64,000 nt of DNA from Tubiluchus corallicola (Eukaryota; Animalia; Priapulida): the NCBI GenBank assembly GCA_030141605.1, contig JAQGDQ010000055.1, positions 248,001-312,000 on the forward strand. Direction: 5' to 3'. Below the pieces are notes generated by a model. It saw nothing but the letters and a program-made list of their open reading frames with translations. It did no database searches and was not told the DNA's origin. This document shows, piece by piece, positions 26,065 to 37,282 of the stretch (position 1 is its first letter; each line of letters begins with the position of its first letter). Position numbers and translations under genes: made by a program.

Positions 26065-27402
26065 TTTGATTAATCCCAAAGCATTTGATTTGGTTAGCAG
26101 ATCGGGCCTGTTTACACTCCTGCAGAGAATTGGATGCCCCCCAAAGCTATTGAGATTGATTACTTCCTTCCACGAGGAAATGAAAGGTACTGTTCAGTCT
26201 GACGACTCTTCCTCACACCCATTCCCAATCAAAAGCGGAGTTAAACAAGGATGTGTCCTCGCCCCAACCCTCTTTGGTATCGTGTTCTCTCTGCTGCTGC
26301 GCTATGCATTTATCTATTTACACACACGAAGCGACGGCAGCCTGTTCAACCTCTCTCGTCTCCGAGCAAAGTCACGGGTCGCAGAGTTCTCATTCGCGAA
26401 ATGCTGTTCGCAGATGATGCCGCACTGACAGCTCACACTGAAGCCGGACTCCAAGGCCTCATTGACAACTTTGCCCATGCCTGCAGTGAGTTTGGCCTCA
26501 CAATCAGCATCCAAAAGACCAAGGTGCTGGGCCAAGATGTTTCCCCAGCCCCTCACATCTTCATCGATGACTGCTGCCTTGACGTGGTGGAAGACTTCAC
26601 TTATCTTGGTTCTGTTATTTCCAGCAATCTTAACTTGGCCACAGAACTGAACTCCAGAATCGGCAAGGCCTCATCAACGATGGCTCGCTTGACGAAGAGG
26701 GTGTGAGAAACAACATGCTGACTATCAAGACAAAGTCCCAGGTGTACCAAGCCTGTGTACTGAGCACATTGTTGTACGGGAGCGAGAGTTGGACTCTGTA
26801 TAGCCATCAAGAATGCAGGCTCAATGCTTTCCACCAACGCTGCCTCAGAAGAATCCTGGGCATCTCATAGCAGGAGCACATAACCAACAAGGATGTGCTA
26901 GCAAGAGCTGGAATCCCTAGCATGTATGCCATACTCACCAACAGACGTCTGCGCTGGCTAGGCCATGTTTCCCGCATGCAGGACATTCTGTACGGTGAGC
27001 TTGCCACTGGCTCCCGACCCACCGGGAGGCCACTGCTCCGCTACAAAGATGTATGTAAACGGGACCTCAAGGCAGGCGGCATTACACCAGCAAATTACGA
27101 GGCGCTTGCGGCAGATCGAAGCAACTGGATATGTGCTGTAAGGACAGTCATTAACAGAGCGGAGAAAACGAGGGAGAAAAAACAAGAGGATAAAAGGACT
27201 CGCAGGCATCAGAAAGATGCCCTACCTCGCCCGGATGAAACAGCTTTCCAACGTGCAACCTGCAGCCGGAACTGCCGCTCAAGGATAGGACTGCTCAGTC
27301 ACAGTCGACGCTGCAGCTCCATCAATCTGATTAATAACTGACTCTCTTGGCGCACAATCCATTATCTTTCGAGACAGAAGGATGCCAACAGCAACAACAA
27401 CT
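26065..27402 (+). mobile_element. RTE-clade non-LTR retrotransposon, 5'-truncated and degenerate RT/C-terminal fragment
   Basis: KAFDLVSR, SGVKQGCVLAPTLF, LFADDAAL, FTYLGS, RRLRWLGHV, GRPLLRYKDVCKRDLK and C-terminal zinc-finger remnant (TCSRNCRSRIGLLSH). Has frameshifts and stops (TGA at 26704); short (CAA)n tail at about 27386-27401. Confidence 0.9.
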
Positions 27403-27449
27403 GCCAATGATGATTCTCAAATGTTGGACAACGAATAATAAGCTACACA

Positions 27450-27904
27450 CAGTGATGGATTAAGAATTATAGGGGCCCCTTGTGACAACACGAAGGATAC
27501 CTGGGGGACCGCTGTAACCTGGAGTCATGGAAGCCGATGCATTTTCTGCACTTTAGCAATTTTTTGGCCAATTTTTAGAGAATTTTTAAAAACTATTAAA
27601 ACTTTGGATATTTAAATAGGCTAAAATATTTAGTTTCGGGTGGTTTTTATATTGTCTTTTAACATCACAAGCAGTACAATTAGGCTAAAAACAGACGTTT
27701 GTACGCTCATAAAGGCTTTACCAATACAGAACTTGTTAGGCCCACTTGTACTGCTGGAATTAACTGATAATTAAAAGTTTGGTTTTTGAGTTATATCATT
27801 GTTTCTTTAATAAGGGCTCAATTTAGTCTTACAGAGTGGGGCCATCAAGGCACTGCGAGACCCTAGGCACGCGTCTAGTGAGCCAAATGGATAATCCACC
27901 TCTG
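27450..27904. mobile_element. hAT-type MITE
   Basis: Imperfect TIRs CAGTGATGGATTA / TAATCCACCTCTG; 8-bp TSD GCTACACA (27442-27449) and GCTACATA (27905-27912); internal GGGCCC-type motifs. Confidence 0.7.
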
Positions 27905-27961
27905 GCTACATATGTCAAAATGTCTACTATTAGAAGTGTCTAATACTTGTATAAAATGACC

Positions 27962-28182
27962 TATGTGTCCATGTCACCTTGTGTCCAAATTACCTGTGTG
28001 TCCAAAGCTTTTATGTCCAAAGTGCCTGTGTGTCTAAAGGAATCTGTGTCCAAATTATCTATGTGTCCAAACGTTTTATGTTCAAAGTGCCTGTGTGTCT
28101 AAAGGAATCTGTGTCCAAAGGTTTTACGTCGAAAGTCCCTGTGTGTCTAAAGGAATCTATCTTCAAATTACCTGTGTATCCA
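27962..28182. repeat. Minisatellite of about 19-bp units (CCTGTGTGTCCAAA core) with higher-order repeat
   Basis: Repeated CCTGTGTGTCTAAAGGAATCT blocks. Confidence 0.8.
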
Positions 28183-28500
28183 AAATACATTGCAAACACA
28201 CCATACAAATCTAGTTACCCTCTTTGGATAATTTATGTATACTTAATTTTCATGATTAAATTGTACTCTAAATTTAAATAATATTACAACTCAGGAGACG
28301 AAAAGTTGGAACTTTTGAATGTAATAAACAGCAAGAAAACTGCAGAATTAGATATAAAGATTAAGAATCAAGTACCTTGTTCGCAAATGAATTTTAAACT
28401 CACAAGTCTTTGCCATGCTGAATGCTATTAACCAAAGACTTAACATATTCCTAATATGAAAGTAGAACATCCACTGATGAATTTAAAACACGAATACATT

Positions 28501-28760
28501 TTAAGTTAAATCTCGATCATAATTTCTCGACGAAGCGTCTTGCTCGTGTAAAAACGACGAAGCGTCACGTTTCCGCTGATTGACCATCATTTTCCAGTTT
28601 TCTCTGGCATGTTCCTTGCTCAGTTTAAGGATAGTCAATCTGGACAGGTTGACGTTTGTCTTTTCCATTGCCTCCATATCACTGCTGTCTGCTAGACCTA
28701 GTGCAATGAGGTACTTCATAACCACGTGGTTCCAGTCTACAACGTAGGGTAACTTCCTGG
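28501..28760 (-). CDS. nompC: TRPN/NOMPC putative distal alternative terminal exon (B)
   Basis: Acceptor ...AATATTCAG, phase 1, compatible with the donor at 31574. Encodes (A)RKLPYVVDWNHVVMKYLIALGLADSSDME...NYDRDLT*, paralogous to terminal exon A. Confidence 0.7.
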
Positions 28761-29589
28761 CTGAATATTTGTGAATCGAAAAATTACCTACGAAACATCA
28801 AAATTTTATGTTTAATTTCGTACATGAACTTATTGCTTTTTTCTAGAGATTTTTCTTGTTCTAAATCTGTTTTTTTAATTTAACACCACAATAATCGGAG
28901 TGCAGTAACTGCTAAGGTTAAATCATTGCAGTTAAAAAACTGTTAAGTGAAGGAAGATTTACAAACAAATGTGTATATATATATGCAAGGCCTTTGTTTG
29001 CAGGCCGATAATTTTGCACTGTATCATGATATAAGAGAATATATACAACACGGTAAATTATAATTATGTCCTTAATACATGTACCACAAATACATATATA
29101 CATATATACCACATGATATAAAACATTATAGCAATTATTTATAATAATTAAGGTCCATAATAACAGAATTATTTAGGTGACACTATTAGGAAAGTATTAA
29201 AAATTACAAACATTTCTACATGCACATTTTACTTACAAATATATAAGAACAAGGACTTTTGCTAAAATTTGCGATAAAACCAGTATAAATTTTGCCTGAC
29301 TTATACATATGTGTATATAAATATATGTGTGCGTGAGCTAAAATTTGTATTGTTGCATTATGCATTAACCCTTTTACATCCTTTTAAAATACACTGGTTA
29401 TGTTTCTCCTACAGGGTTTCTAATAGGTGTTTTATTCTAAAGAGTTTCACAAATCCACATACCTGCATGGATTTTCTCAAATTTTGACCGTCCTTACACA
29501 CTCAGGTTAAAATGTATTAGGTACTACTCATTCCGTCTTCATGCTAACGATTAACATCTAGCAGCTTGCATTATGTCTAGCATTCCAAT

Positions 29590-30331
29590 GGCGCATTCAG
29601 ACTAGAGAGTTCTGACGCGAGCTCTTGCGGCACAAGTTCTCTCTGAAGAGTAAACTTGCTAGTGTGAATGTCTTAGCAAGTTCTATGGCAAGATATTGCG
29701 CAAGAACTCTCAACAACTCTCAGATAGTTTGCAATAACTTGCTAAAAGTCGTTCACACTTGCGAGTTTACTCTAAGAGAGAACTTACAAAGCCGTTCACA
29801 CTTGCGAGTTTACTCTCAGAGAGAACTTGCAAAGTCGTTGACACTTGCGACTTTACTCTCAGAGAGAACTTGCAAAGTCGTTGACACTTGCGACTTTACT
29901 CTCAGAGATAACTTACAAAGTCGTTGACACTTGCGACTTTACTCTCAGAGAGAACTTACAAAGCCGTTCACACTTGCGACTTTACTCTCAGAGAGAACTT
30001 GCAAAGTCGTTGACACTTGCGAGTTTACTCTTAGAGAGAACTTACAAAGCCGTTCACACTTGCGAGTTTATTCTCAGAGAGAACATGCAAAGCCGTTCAC
30101 ACTTGCGAGTTTACTCTCAGAGAGAACTTGCAAAGTCGTTGACACTTGCGACTTTACTCTCAGAGAGAACTTACAAAGCCGTTCACACTTGCGAGTTTAC
30201 TCTCAGAGAGAACTTGCAAAGTCGTTCACACTTACGAGTTTACTCTCAGAGAGAACTTGCAAAGTCGTTGACACTTGCGACTTTACTCTCAGAGAGAAGT
30301 TGCGAGAGAAAACTCTCTACTCTAAACGCAC
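29590..30331. mobile_element. Foldback/MITE-like element with internal 43-bp minisatellite
   Basis: About 13 tandem 43-bp units (GTTCACACTTGCGAGTTTACTCTCAGAGAGAACTTGCAAAGTC variants) at about 29745-30300. One inverted unit at about 29632-29670. Imperfect TIRs GCGCATTCAGACTAGAGAG / CTCTCTACTCTAAACGCAC. Confidence 0.7.
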
Positions 30332-30631
30332 AGTAACTTGGGATTTTAATTCACGAAAAATTCTTGTTTTTGATTATGAAAACTGATTGGATTTCAAGCA
30401 AGCCTAAATCGGGTTTTCACTAAAAACAAAAGCAACAGTTGTCTGTTTACTAAAATTTGATGATGATATGTTCCGCTTGATCAGGTAAATATGTTCCTAA
30501 CTCTTATAATGCATTCAAAAAAGGCATGGTTTCATAACTCTGACGATGGTGTTGCGTTAAAACAACTACGGAACACCTCACCAATTATGGAATGGGGCGT
30601 ATACATTAACGGTTTTTGAAACTTCAAACTT

Positions 30632-30774
30632 CGCTGTTACAGTTTCACTGTGCGCATGCTCACAGTGACGTTTCGTTGGGAAACAAAAAGACATGTTAGC
30701 CAGACACGCGCTGTTGAACAGCTCTCGAATTTTTTTACGCAGGAAAATAGAGCGGAAGTAAAACTGTAACAGCG
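30632..30774. mobile_element. Small MITE in the 3' UTR of TRPN terminal exon A
   Basis: Inverted repeats CGCTGTTACAGTTT (30632) and AAACTGTAACAGCG (ends 30774). Confidence 0.55.
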
Positions 30775-30789
30775 TCTAACATGCACCTG

Positions 30790-30998
30790 TTACGTTAGAT
30801 CATTGTCTGCTCCACCATTGTTGTCATCATCTCCAATGATGACGTTCTTTGACGCTCTAGTGATCAATCCAAACATCTCTCCGTACGAGTCAACTACTGG
30901 TCGCCAGTCAATAACATGTTGAAGAAACATCTGCATGTGCTGACGCTTCACTGATGGTACATCGCGTTGCACCCGCTCTGAGCTAAGCATGTTATCAC
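30790..30998 (-). CDS. nompC: TRPN/NOMPC proximal terminal exon (A)
   Basis: Acceptor TGTGTAG, phase 1. Encodes (G)DNMLSSERVQRDVPSVKRQHMQMFLQHVIDWRPVVDSYGEMFG...GADNDLT*. Confidence 0.75.
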
Positions 30999-31573
30999 CT
31001 ACACAATTGGATACAATGCATGCACGTGCTTAGCAAAGGTTGGTAGCATGCTTCCAAGTTAAGCTTAGGGAATTTTTCACAAAATGCAACAATGTAGCAG
31101 CAATGTGGCAAGACAAACTGCGGAACTTGGGCGTTATTTTATGTCTAAACGTTATGCTTTTTATGAACTCATAAAGATTTTATAAACGTACAGTTAAGTA
31201 AAAATAGGGTTTAATCTTGACATTCAGATTAGAATAATCAGTGAATTCATAATATTTTAAAACAGATATCTAAGTTCTAAATAATTATAGCAATTATAAT
31301 ACAATTTATGGGGAAATACGGTCGTTTTTAAGGTATGAACTACCAACCAACTTTCCTAGCGGCAGAAACGGTGTTCTTTGTATTTAAATCCTTCTCTCCA
31401 AACGTTTCTGGCAGTTTTCTTGAATAAAGCCGACTAACTAGTTTTTCTAACCAACATGCACATCGTATTAAAAAAAGGGGGGGTTCTGTTAAAACTTTCT
31501 TATAACTATAAAGACAAATCATATACCTAGTTACTAGCTACACGATGCAACAATAAATGCTTGAATTTCATAC

Positions 31574-31729
31574 CTTCAGGTATGACTCGTGTACCCCGCC
31601 GCATCATGTTCCTAAACCAAGCATGACCACCTCCTGAAAGCTGATAAGCATCTTCTCCTCCAAGTTCTCCTCGATCTTGTTGCTCCTCTTCATACATGAT
31701 CTCCTGTAGTCGTATACTGCACACTTTGG
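31574..31729 (-). CDS. nompC: TRPN/NOMPC penultimate exon (cytosolic C-terminus)
   Basis: TTTCAG acceptor, 156 bp, phase 1-1. Encodes (A)KVCSIRLQEIMYEEEQQD...RRGTRVIPE; donor G|GTATG. Confidence 0.8.
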
Positions 31730-32065
31730 CTGAAAGTAGATTGACACCAAAAATCAACATCGAAAATCAACTAGCCGTACATATGACCGTAAGCGTAAAA
31801 ATTAACAGCATTATCTACATCAACTGTCCCTTACTTATGATAAACATAAATGTCATCGTCATGGGTTCAAAAATAGATTCAGTTATTTTTTGTCAGGATT
31901 CAGCATTAATTATCTTAAGTTTTCGCACAGGCAGCTTCTGGAATCATAAACGCTTGAGCTTCATAAACATCTCTAAAACTATTTCACACGTCTATTTGAA
32001 CTACGAATTTTTACGAGGATGATTATATCCATCGATTAAATTTTAATTTTTTTCTAAAAACTCAC

Positions 32066-33407
32066 CCTTGTGTTTGTACGCAACTCTGACATACATGATA
32101 AGTTTTGTACACAGGTTCAAAGGTGATGGAGTCGCGGAGGTTTTGTTCATGTTCCGGATGAGTTTGGCTCGTCCAAATTTCCACTCGGTGTCAGAAGCCT
32201 GTTGTATCCTCTGATAGGTATCTGACATCATAGCAATCAAGAGATTAATCAACACTATCAATGTCACCATCATGTAAATGCCAAAAGCAAACTTGGCAAT
32301 CACCAATGAGAAGTCGGGACTCGCATGCATAGGCGGTAAGGCGTCTGGTTCCACCAACCCAAACAGAGAGAAGAATAACATCTCAAATGTCAGGACTGGG
32401 TTCTGGAAGTGGTTGTCCTGTTCATCCAACTTCTCGTAGACGGGTTGGTAAATGGATGCTACATGCAAGGTAAAACCTGTCATAAAAATGAGTAAGATCA
32501 CCAAGAATCGAGTGAGGTCCTTCATCAGATGTTGAATGATGATTGCCCAAGGACCAAAAAGGTGATGAAAAGACAAGAACTCTAGCAGCTGTACAAAACA
32601 CAGAAGTAGTGAAACAGTTATGAATTGGTTTCTCACGTAAATACACGTCAATCGCTCTTTGCTTTCAAAAGGAAATGCGAACCCAACTAGATGGATGATA
32701 GTGCCCATGGCACAGAAACCTAGAATAACGATCTTGATCCATCCTAGTCCAGTTCTGTCACCAGGATTAGTCAACTCAGCTACAAGAAGACCCGATAGCC
32801 AAGCTAGCAAAATCCATTCATGCCAGTGTGGTATAAGCGTGGCACTTTCGTAGATAGGTACCAGAGGTTTAACGACTGTAATTGTAAGCAACAGTACAAA
32901 ATATACGTGTGATATTAAATAGCACATGAACTTAACGATAGGTACGCGATTGTATCGATTTCGCCATGGCAGGGACAACACTATCCACACCACTGGACAC
33001 AATAAGCATATTAAAAACACTCCAATTATCTTCCAGGTGCCCCACATTAGATTCCCCATCCACACGTCAGAGAGATATCTCTGCACGGCTGGATGAGCTA
33101 CCACCTCCTTCTGCTCATTTTCTATCAGCACATCCAGAAAAGGAATGCCTCGACTGTCCAAAGCCCGCAGGAGAATTCCCGGACTGTGCAAACTGGCAGC
33201 GATTGCCAGTAGCTCGGTGGCCATGTTCTCGCAATGTTTTGAGGCGTTTAAGAGGTCACGTTGCCGCTCCTTTTCCCGTGTTCCCAGATCCCGGAAATGT
33301 TTGGAAAGTTTTGTAGCTGTCTCCACCGGTGCAGGAGACACCAATATGAACTCATCTATGGCTCTGTCACTGTGCATTTTTCCACAAACCATCAAGTCAT
33401 ACACAAA
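32066..33407 (-). CDS. nompC: TRPN/NOMPC large exon: linker, S1-S6, pore and TRP box
   Basis: FVYDLMVCGK, QKEVVAHPAVQRYL, FHHLFGPWAIII, LFFSLFG, VLINLLIAMMSDTYQRIQ and EWKFGRAKLIRNM are diagnostic of TRPN. Donor AAGG|GTGAG. Confidence 0.96.
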
Positions 33408-33784
33408 CTAAAACAAAGGAAAAGAGAAATTTTTAACAGTGAAAAACTTTCCTGTTTAATATATAGACTGCATTCTGTAGATGTTATTATTATTTAAGGA
33501 TTGAAGAACGCAAAGACAGATACGTCACTACGGGAGCTAGAGCTACAATGGCTGATATTTCTCAACAATTCATACATCAAGCGAAAGGACTCACCCAATA
33601 TCGTCTCACTATTGGGTTTTTTAATTCGACCCGTCCAGAGACATTTGGGATGCAGCATTTTGGCGTTTTTTGTGCAAGTTTGTAATGTAGAGAAAAAGAA
33701 TGAGACTATTATTACATGTTTTTTTCAGAGACGCTGAAGCCAAAAAGAAAGCTCAACTGATGGACCAATATTAAAGTCAAATCC

Positions 33785-34035
33785 ACACCACTAACACAAC
33801 CACCAGCAGCAGCAGCACAATCACCGCCACCACCACCACCACCACAACCAACACCACCATCACCAACACCACCACCACCACCACCACCAACACCACCACC
33901 AACACCAACACCAAAACCACCACCACCAATATTAAATTAGGGCCATATACATTGCCACTCCTGACAGTGAGACTAAACAACAGCTACAATAACAACAACA
34001 GCAGCAAAAGCAATAGCAACAGCAACACCAAAAGC

Positions 34036-34069
<34 letters not shown>

Positions 34070-34070
34070 G
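33785..34070. repeat. (CAC)n / (AAC)n simple repeats
   Basis: Directly visible, in a TRPN intron. Confidence 0.9.
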
Positions 34071-34224
34071 CATCGCTACTACTGCGCATCCAATTTCCGT
34101 CGCAGAGTTTTATAAGGACTTTGCTACCATAGTTATTACTGTTGCTCATTCGAAATACGTATAATGTACAAATCATTTAAACAAAAATTTAATGCGGTCT
34201 AGTTACAACACAAAGTCCTTTTAC

Positions 34225-34332
34225 CTTTTTGTCTTCCATGAGAGATTGAGTGGAATGTTCCTTCTTGAGGAGGTAGCTAAGGACCTCGTGATGCTGAAAC
34301 GCGGCAGCAAAGCAGATGGGTGTTTTGGAGTC
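34225..34332 (-). CDS. nompC: TRPN last ankyrin-repeat exon
   Basis: DSKTPICFAAAFQHHEVLSYLLKKEHSTQSLMEDKK; AG/GT boundaries, phase 0-0, 108 bp. Confidence 0.88.
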
Positions 34333-34409
34333 CTATAAGAAGAATTATTTTACTCGCAGAAGAATGTGATTGTTCCTGTTAATTGTCTAGGGGCAACACG
34401 TTCATTAAT

Positions 34410-34700
34410 TTGTCTGTCTCTCTTGTCTCTTTCTCTCTGTTTGTTTGTCTGTCTGTCTCTCTCTGTACGCCTGTTTGCCTGTCTGTCGTTACTCGTTTAT
34501 CCATTTATCTGTGGTCTATCTGTCTGTCTGTTTGTCTGTCCGTCAGTCTCTCTGTACGTGTGTTTGCCCGTCTGTCGGCTACCAGTTTATTAATTTGCCT
34601 GCCTGTCTGTCTGTCTTTCTCTGTCCGTCTGTCTCTCTATTGATTTGCCTGTCTGCTTATCTGTTTGTCTTTTTGTGTGTCTCGTTGCCCGTCTCTCAGA
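34410..34700. repeat. Degenerate (GTCT)n simple repeat
   Basis: Directly visible. Confidence 0.85.
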
Positions 34701-35069
34701 CTGTACATCAAAATTCTACACCAAACGTAACTCCCAAAGCTTTCGTGACGTCACATACGTTACGTCGTGCCACGTGTTTAGCTATTTCATAACTCATCAA
34801 GATAAAAAATTCCATTGCCAGTTTTGGTTTGTTTTGATTAATTTCCATTCTTTGCCAATTTCACATCCATCCCCAAGTCAATAAAGAAACGAAAACATTG
34901 CGGAACTGTGCAAAGAGTAGATTACCAACAGCAAACAAAAGTTTCGATTTTACAAGAAAAATAAATTATGGTTTAGCAGCAAGATTGCTCATGATAATTC
35001 TGTAGAATAATTTCAACATTAAAGCATAGCACAACACTCAGCAAGTCTTGGTAACATGAACACGCTGTA

Positions 35070-35765
35070 CAGGGTGTCCAATAAGTCAGCACACACTTTA
35101 TGTTTTTTTATATTGTTAAGAGCAAAGCAAAATGTTTCAAAATTGATGCAGGGGAACTAAAACCTTGGGGAAAGTCTAAAAGTTAGACGAAAATCCGAAA
35201 AGAGATTACTGTGCACCACGCTTCTCTTTTTCTATACCTTCTTCAAAGCACTTCTGCTAATGCTTAGCATCTGCTTTTACAACATCATTAAGCATTTCAA
35301 TTTAAATGGTTGCACAGCATCTTTAAAATTCCTATTTCGAGCTCACGATGGTATTTTGGGCTTAAGAATTTTAGCGTGATACAGCCTTGCTGTCAAGTAC
35401 CAAACTTTCAGTGGAAAGAGCCTCAAGGATCTATCCTGTGGCAAGTCGGATATCTTATTTTGCTTTGGAAATCCGTCACAGCTCGTGAGTAGAGAAGACG
35501 GGGTGGTTGCAAAACTACATTGTTAAAAGTGAAATTGTATGCTGTTCTGAATGAAGCTGCTGAAGTTCTGTTCACGATAGACTGCTTCTTATGGGGCTAA
35601 GCATTCGCACTTCATTTATAATGCTAGTGGCGTCGCCATAGTAACAGGGTTTCAGTTAAAATTTAAAGAAAAATTACCAAAGGCAGCTTTTGATTGATAC
35701 CAAATTTTGTCAAGATCCAAAAAAAAACAGAAATCAAGGTGTGTATTGACTTTTGAGACATCCAG
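35070..35765. mobile_element. Tc1/mariner-like MITE (degenerate)
   Basis: TA|CAGGGTGTCCAATAAGTCAGCACACACTT ... AAGGTGTGTATTGACTTTTGAGACATCCAG|TA: imperfect TIRs with TA TSD. Confidence 0.6.
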
Positions 35766-35793
35766 TACAGAGAGACAAGAGCTCCTGCCTTAC

Positions 35794-35892
35794 CCTGCTT
35801 TCTGTGTTTGGCTGGGCACCACTTTCGACCAACAGTTTCACAACATCCAAGAAGCCGGCTTTGCTGGCAAAATGTAGAGACACCAGCCCTTG
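35794..35892 (-). CDS. nompC: TRPN ankyrin exon
   Basis: QGLVSLHFASKAGFLDVVKLLVESGAQPNTESR; 99 bp, phase 0-0. Confidence 0.88.
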
Positions 35893-36227
35893 CTGAAATG
35901 TCAGACATTTGACTAATTAATTCGATCTAAATTAGAAGCCAAAATTAATTTGTCACTTTTTCTCTGGTGTTTAATGTAGAAAATAATATTTATCAAACTA
36001 TGATAATTATCATCATCATAATCGTCGTCGTCGTCATCATCATCGTCATTTTACCACCCCACAACCAAAAGCACTTTCACCACAACTCTACATATGTAGA
36101 TATCTGTGCCTAACACCTCACTACATCCATCACTACTCCCACAGTGGTGATACCATCACCACCATCATTGTTACATCATCGTCATTTATTTGGTCTACCT
36201 CTCCAGTTAAAATAACACTCAAGTTAC

Positions 36228-36425
36228 CTTGTCTGCCACATTGATGTCAGACCCTTGGCCGATTAGCAACGCAACCATTTCTAAATGACCGTTGGCCGCT
36301 GCTAGATGCAGTGCTGTCCTTCCTCGTCTGTCCTTCACATGTAACTGATGAGTGGACTTGCTAAGGAGAAGACCAACTACTGCTGAGTGACCAGTCTGTG
36401 CAGCCATATGCAACGGTATTGTACC
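36228..36425 (-). CDS. nompC: TRPN ankyrin exon (2 repeats)
   Basis: GTIPLHMAAQTGH...GRTALHLAAANGH...DINVADK; 198 bp, phase 0-0. Confidence 0.9.
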
Positions 36426-36683
36426 CTGAAGTCACACAAGGTAACGTGGGGTAAATGGGTGTCTGGAGTGAAATGGGTACTTTTGTTTTAAAGTTGTATA
36501 AGTACTTAGCGTTTTATTCAAATGTGAAGTATTATTCAAATGTCTATATGTTTGTTCAAATTGCCACATTACTAGTTGTAAAACTTTGGTAGTTGAAAGG
36601 ACGACGATATGATGACTTACATGCAAGATATTGACTGTTTTCCACCAGAAACGGAAAAAAAAACAATTGTGATGACAACTTAC

Positions 36684-36791
36684 GTGAACGGACGTAGCTA
36701 CATCAATCTGAACACCAGGTGAATTAAGTAAGAGCCTTACAAGCCCCTCATGACCCGACTGTGCTGCCAAATGAAGAGGAGTGAGTCCTGA
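36684..36791 (-). CDS. nompC: TRPN ankyrin exon
   Basis: SGLTPLHLAAQSGHEGLVRLLLNSPGVQIDVATSVH; 108 bp, phase 0-0. Confidence 0.9.
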
Positions 36792-36900
36792 CTATAAAAA
36801 GGAAAGACAAGAAAGAATCAAACATCAGATTCTATAAACTTCATCACAAATTTTGGATTTAACACCTGTTTTACTTTTATAATCTGTTATTATTATCTTC

Positions 36901-36913
36901 AATAATAATAATG

Positions 36914-36999
<86 letters not shown>
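36901..36999. repeat. (AAT)n microsatellite
   Basis: Directly visible. Confidence 0.95.
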
Positions 37000-37024
37000 T
37001 TAACTCCGAAAATTATTGACTCAC

Positions 37025-37174
37025 ATCGTTCAGAAACTCTTTCATGGGAGAGTCTATATTCATGCCAGGAGATGGCGCCACGCTCTTGATGGTCGCTGGA
37101 ACTTTAGACAGCATCTCCCGCACAAAGTCAATCTGTCCATAATGTGCTGCCACGTGGAGAGACGTGTGGCCTGT
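37025..37174 (-). CDS. nompC: TRPN ankyrin exon
   Basis: TGHTSLHVAAHYGQIDFVREMLSKVPATIKS...EFLND; 150 bp, phase 0-0. Confidence 0.9.
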
Positions 37175-37282
37175 CTGTAAAATAACAACAGCGATTATAG
37201 AGAAATACTTCATTATATTATTTATGTAGAAGACACAACCATATCTGTATATGAGAATAGTGCAAAGAAAATGACACCATTT

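Noticed and set aside
26704-26706. In-frame TGA as selenocysteine or readthrough in the RTE ORF
   Set aside because: It replaces an expected Trp in a copy with other frameshifts and stops; ordinary decay.
26038-27406. ACTGCCA as a TSD for the RTE fragment
   Set aside because: Only 7 bp and not clearly adjacent to the 5' truncation point; could be chance.
29745-30300. 43-bp repeat array as a CRISPR locus or as coding ORFs (29625-30386)
   Set aside because: Units are head-to-tail with no unique spacers, there are no cas genes and the context is eukaryotic. The ORFs are translations of the minisatellite.
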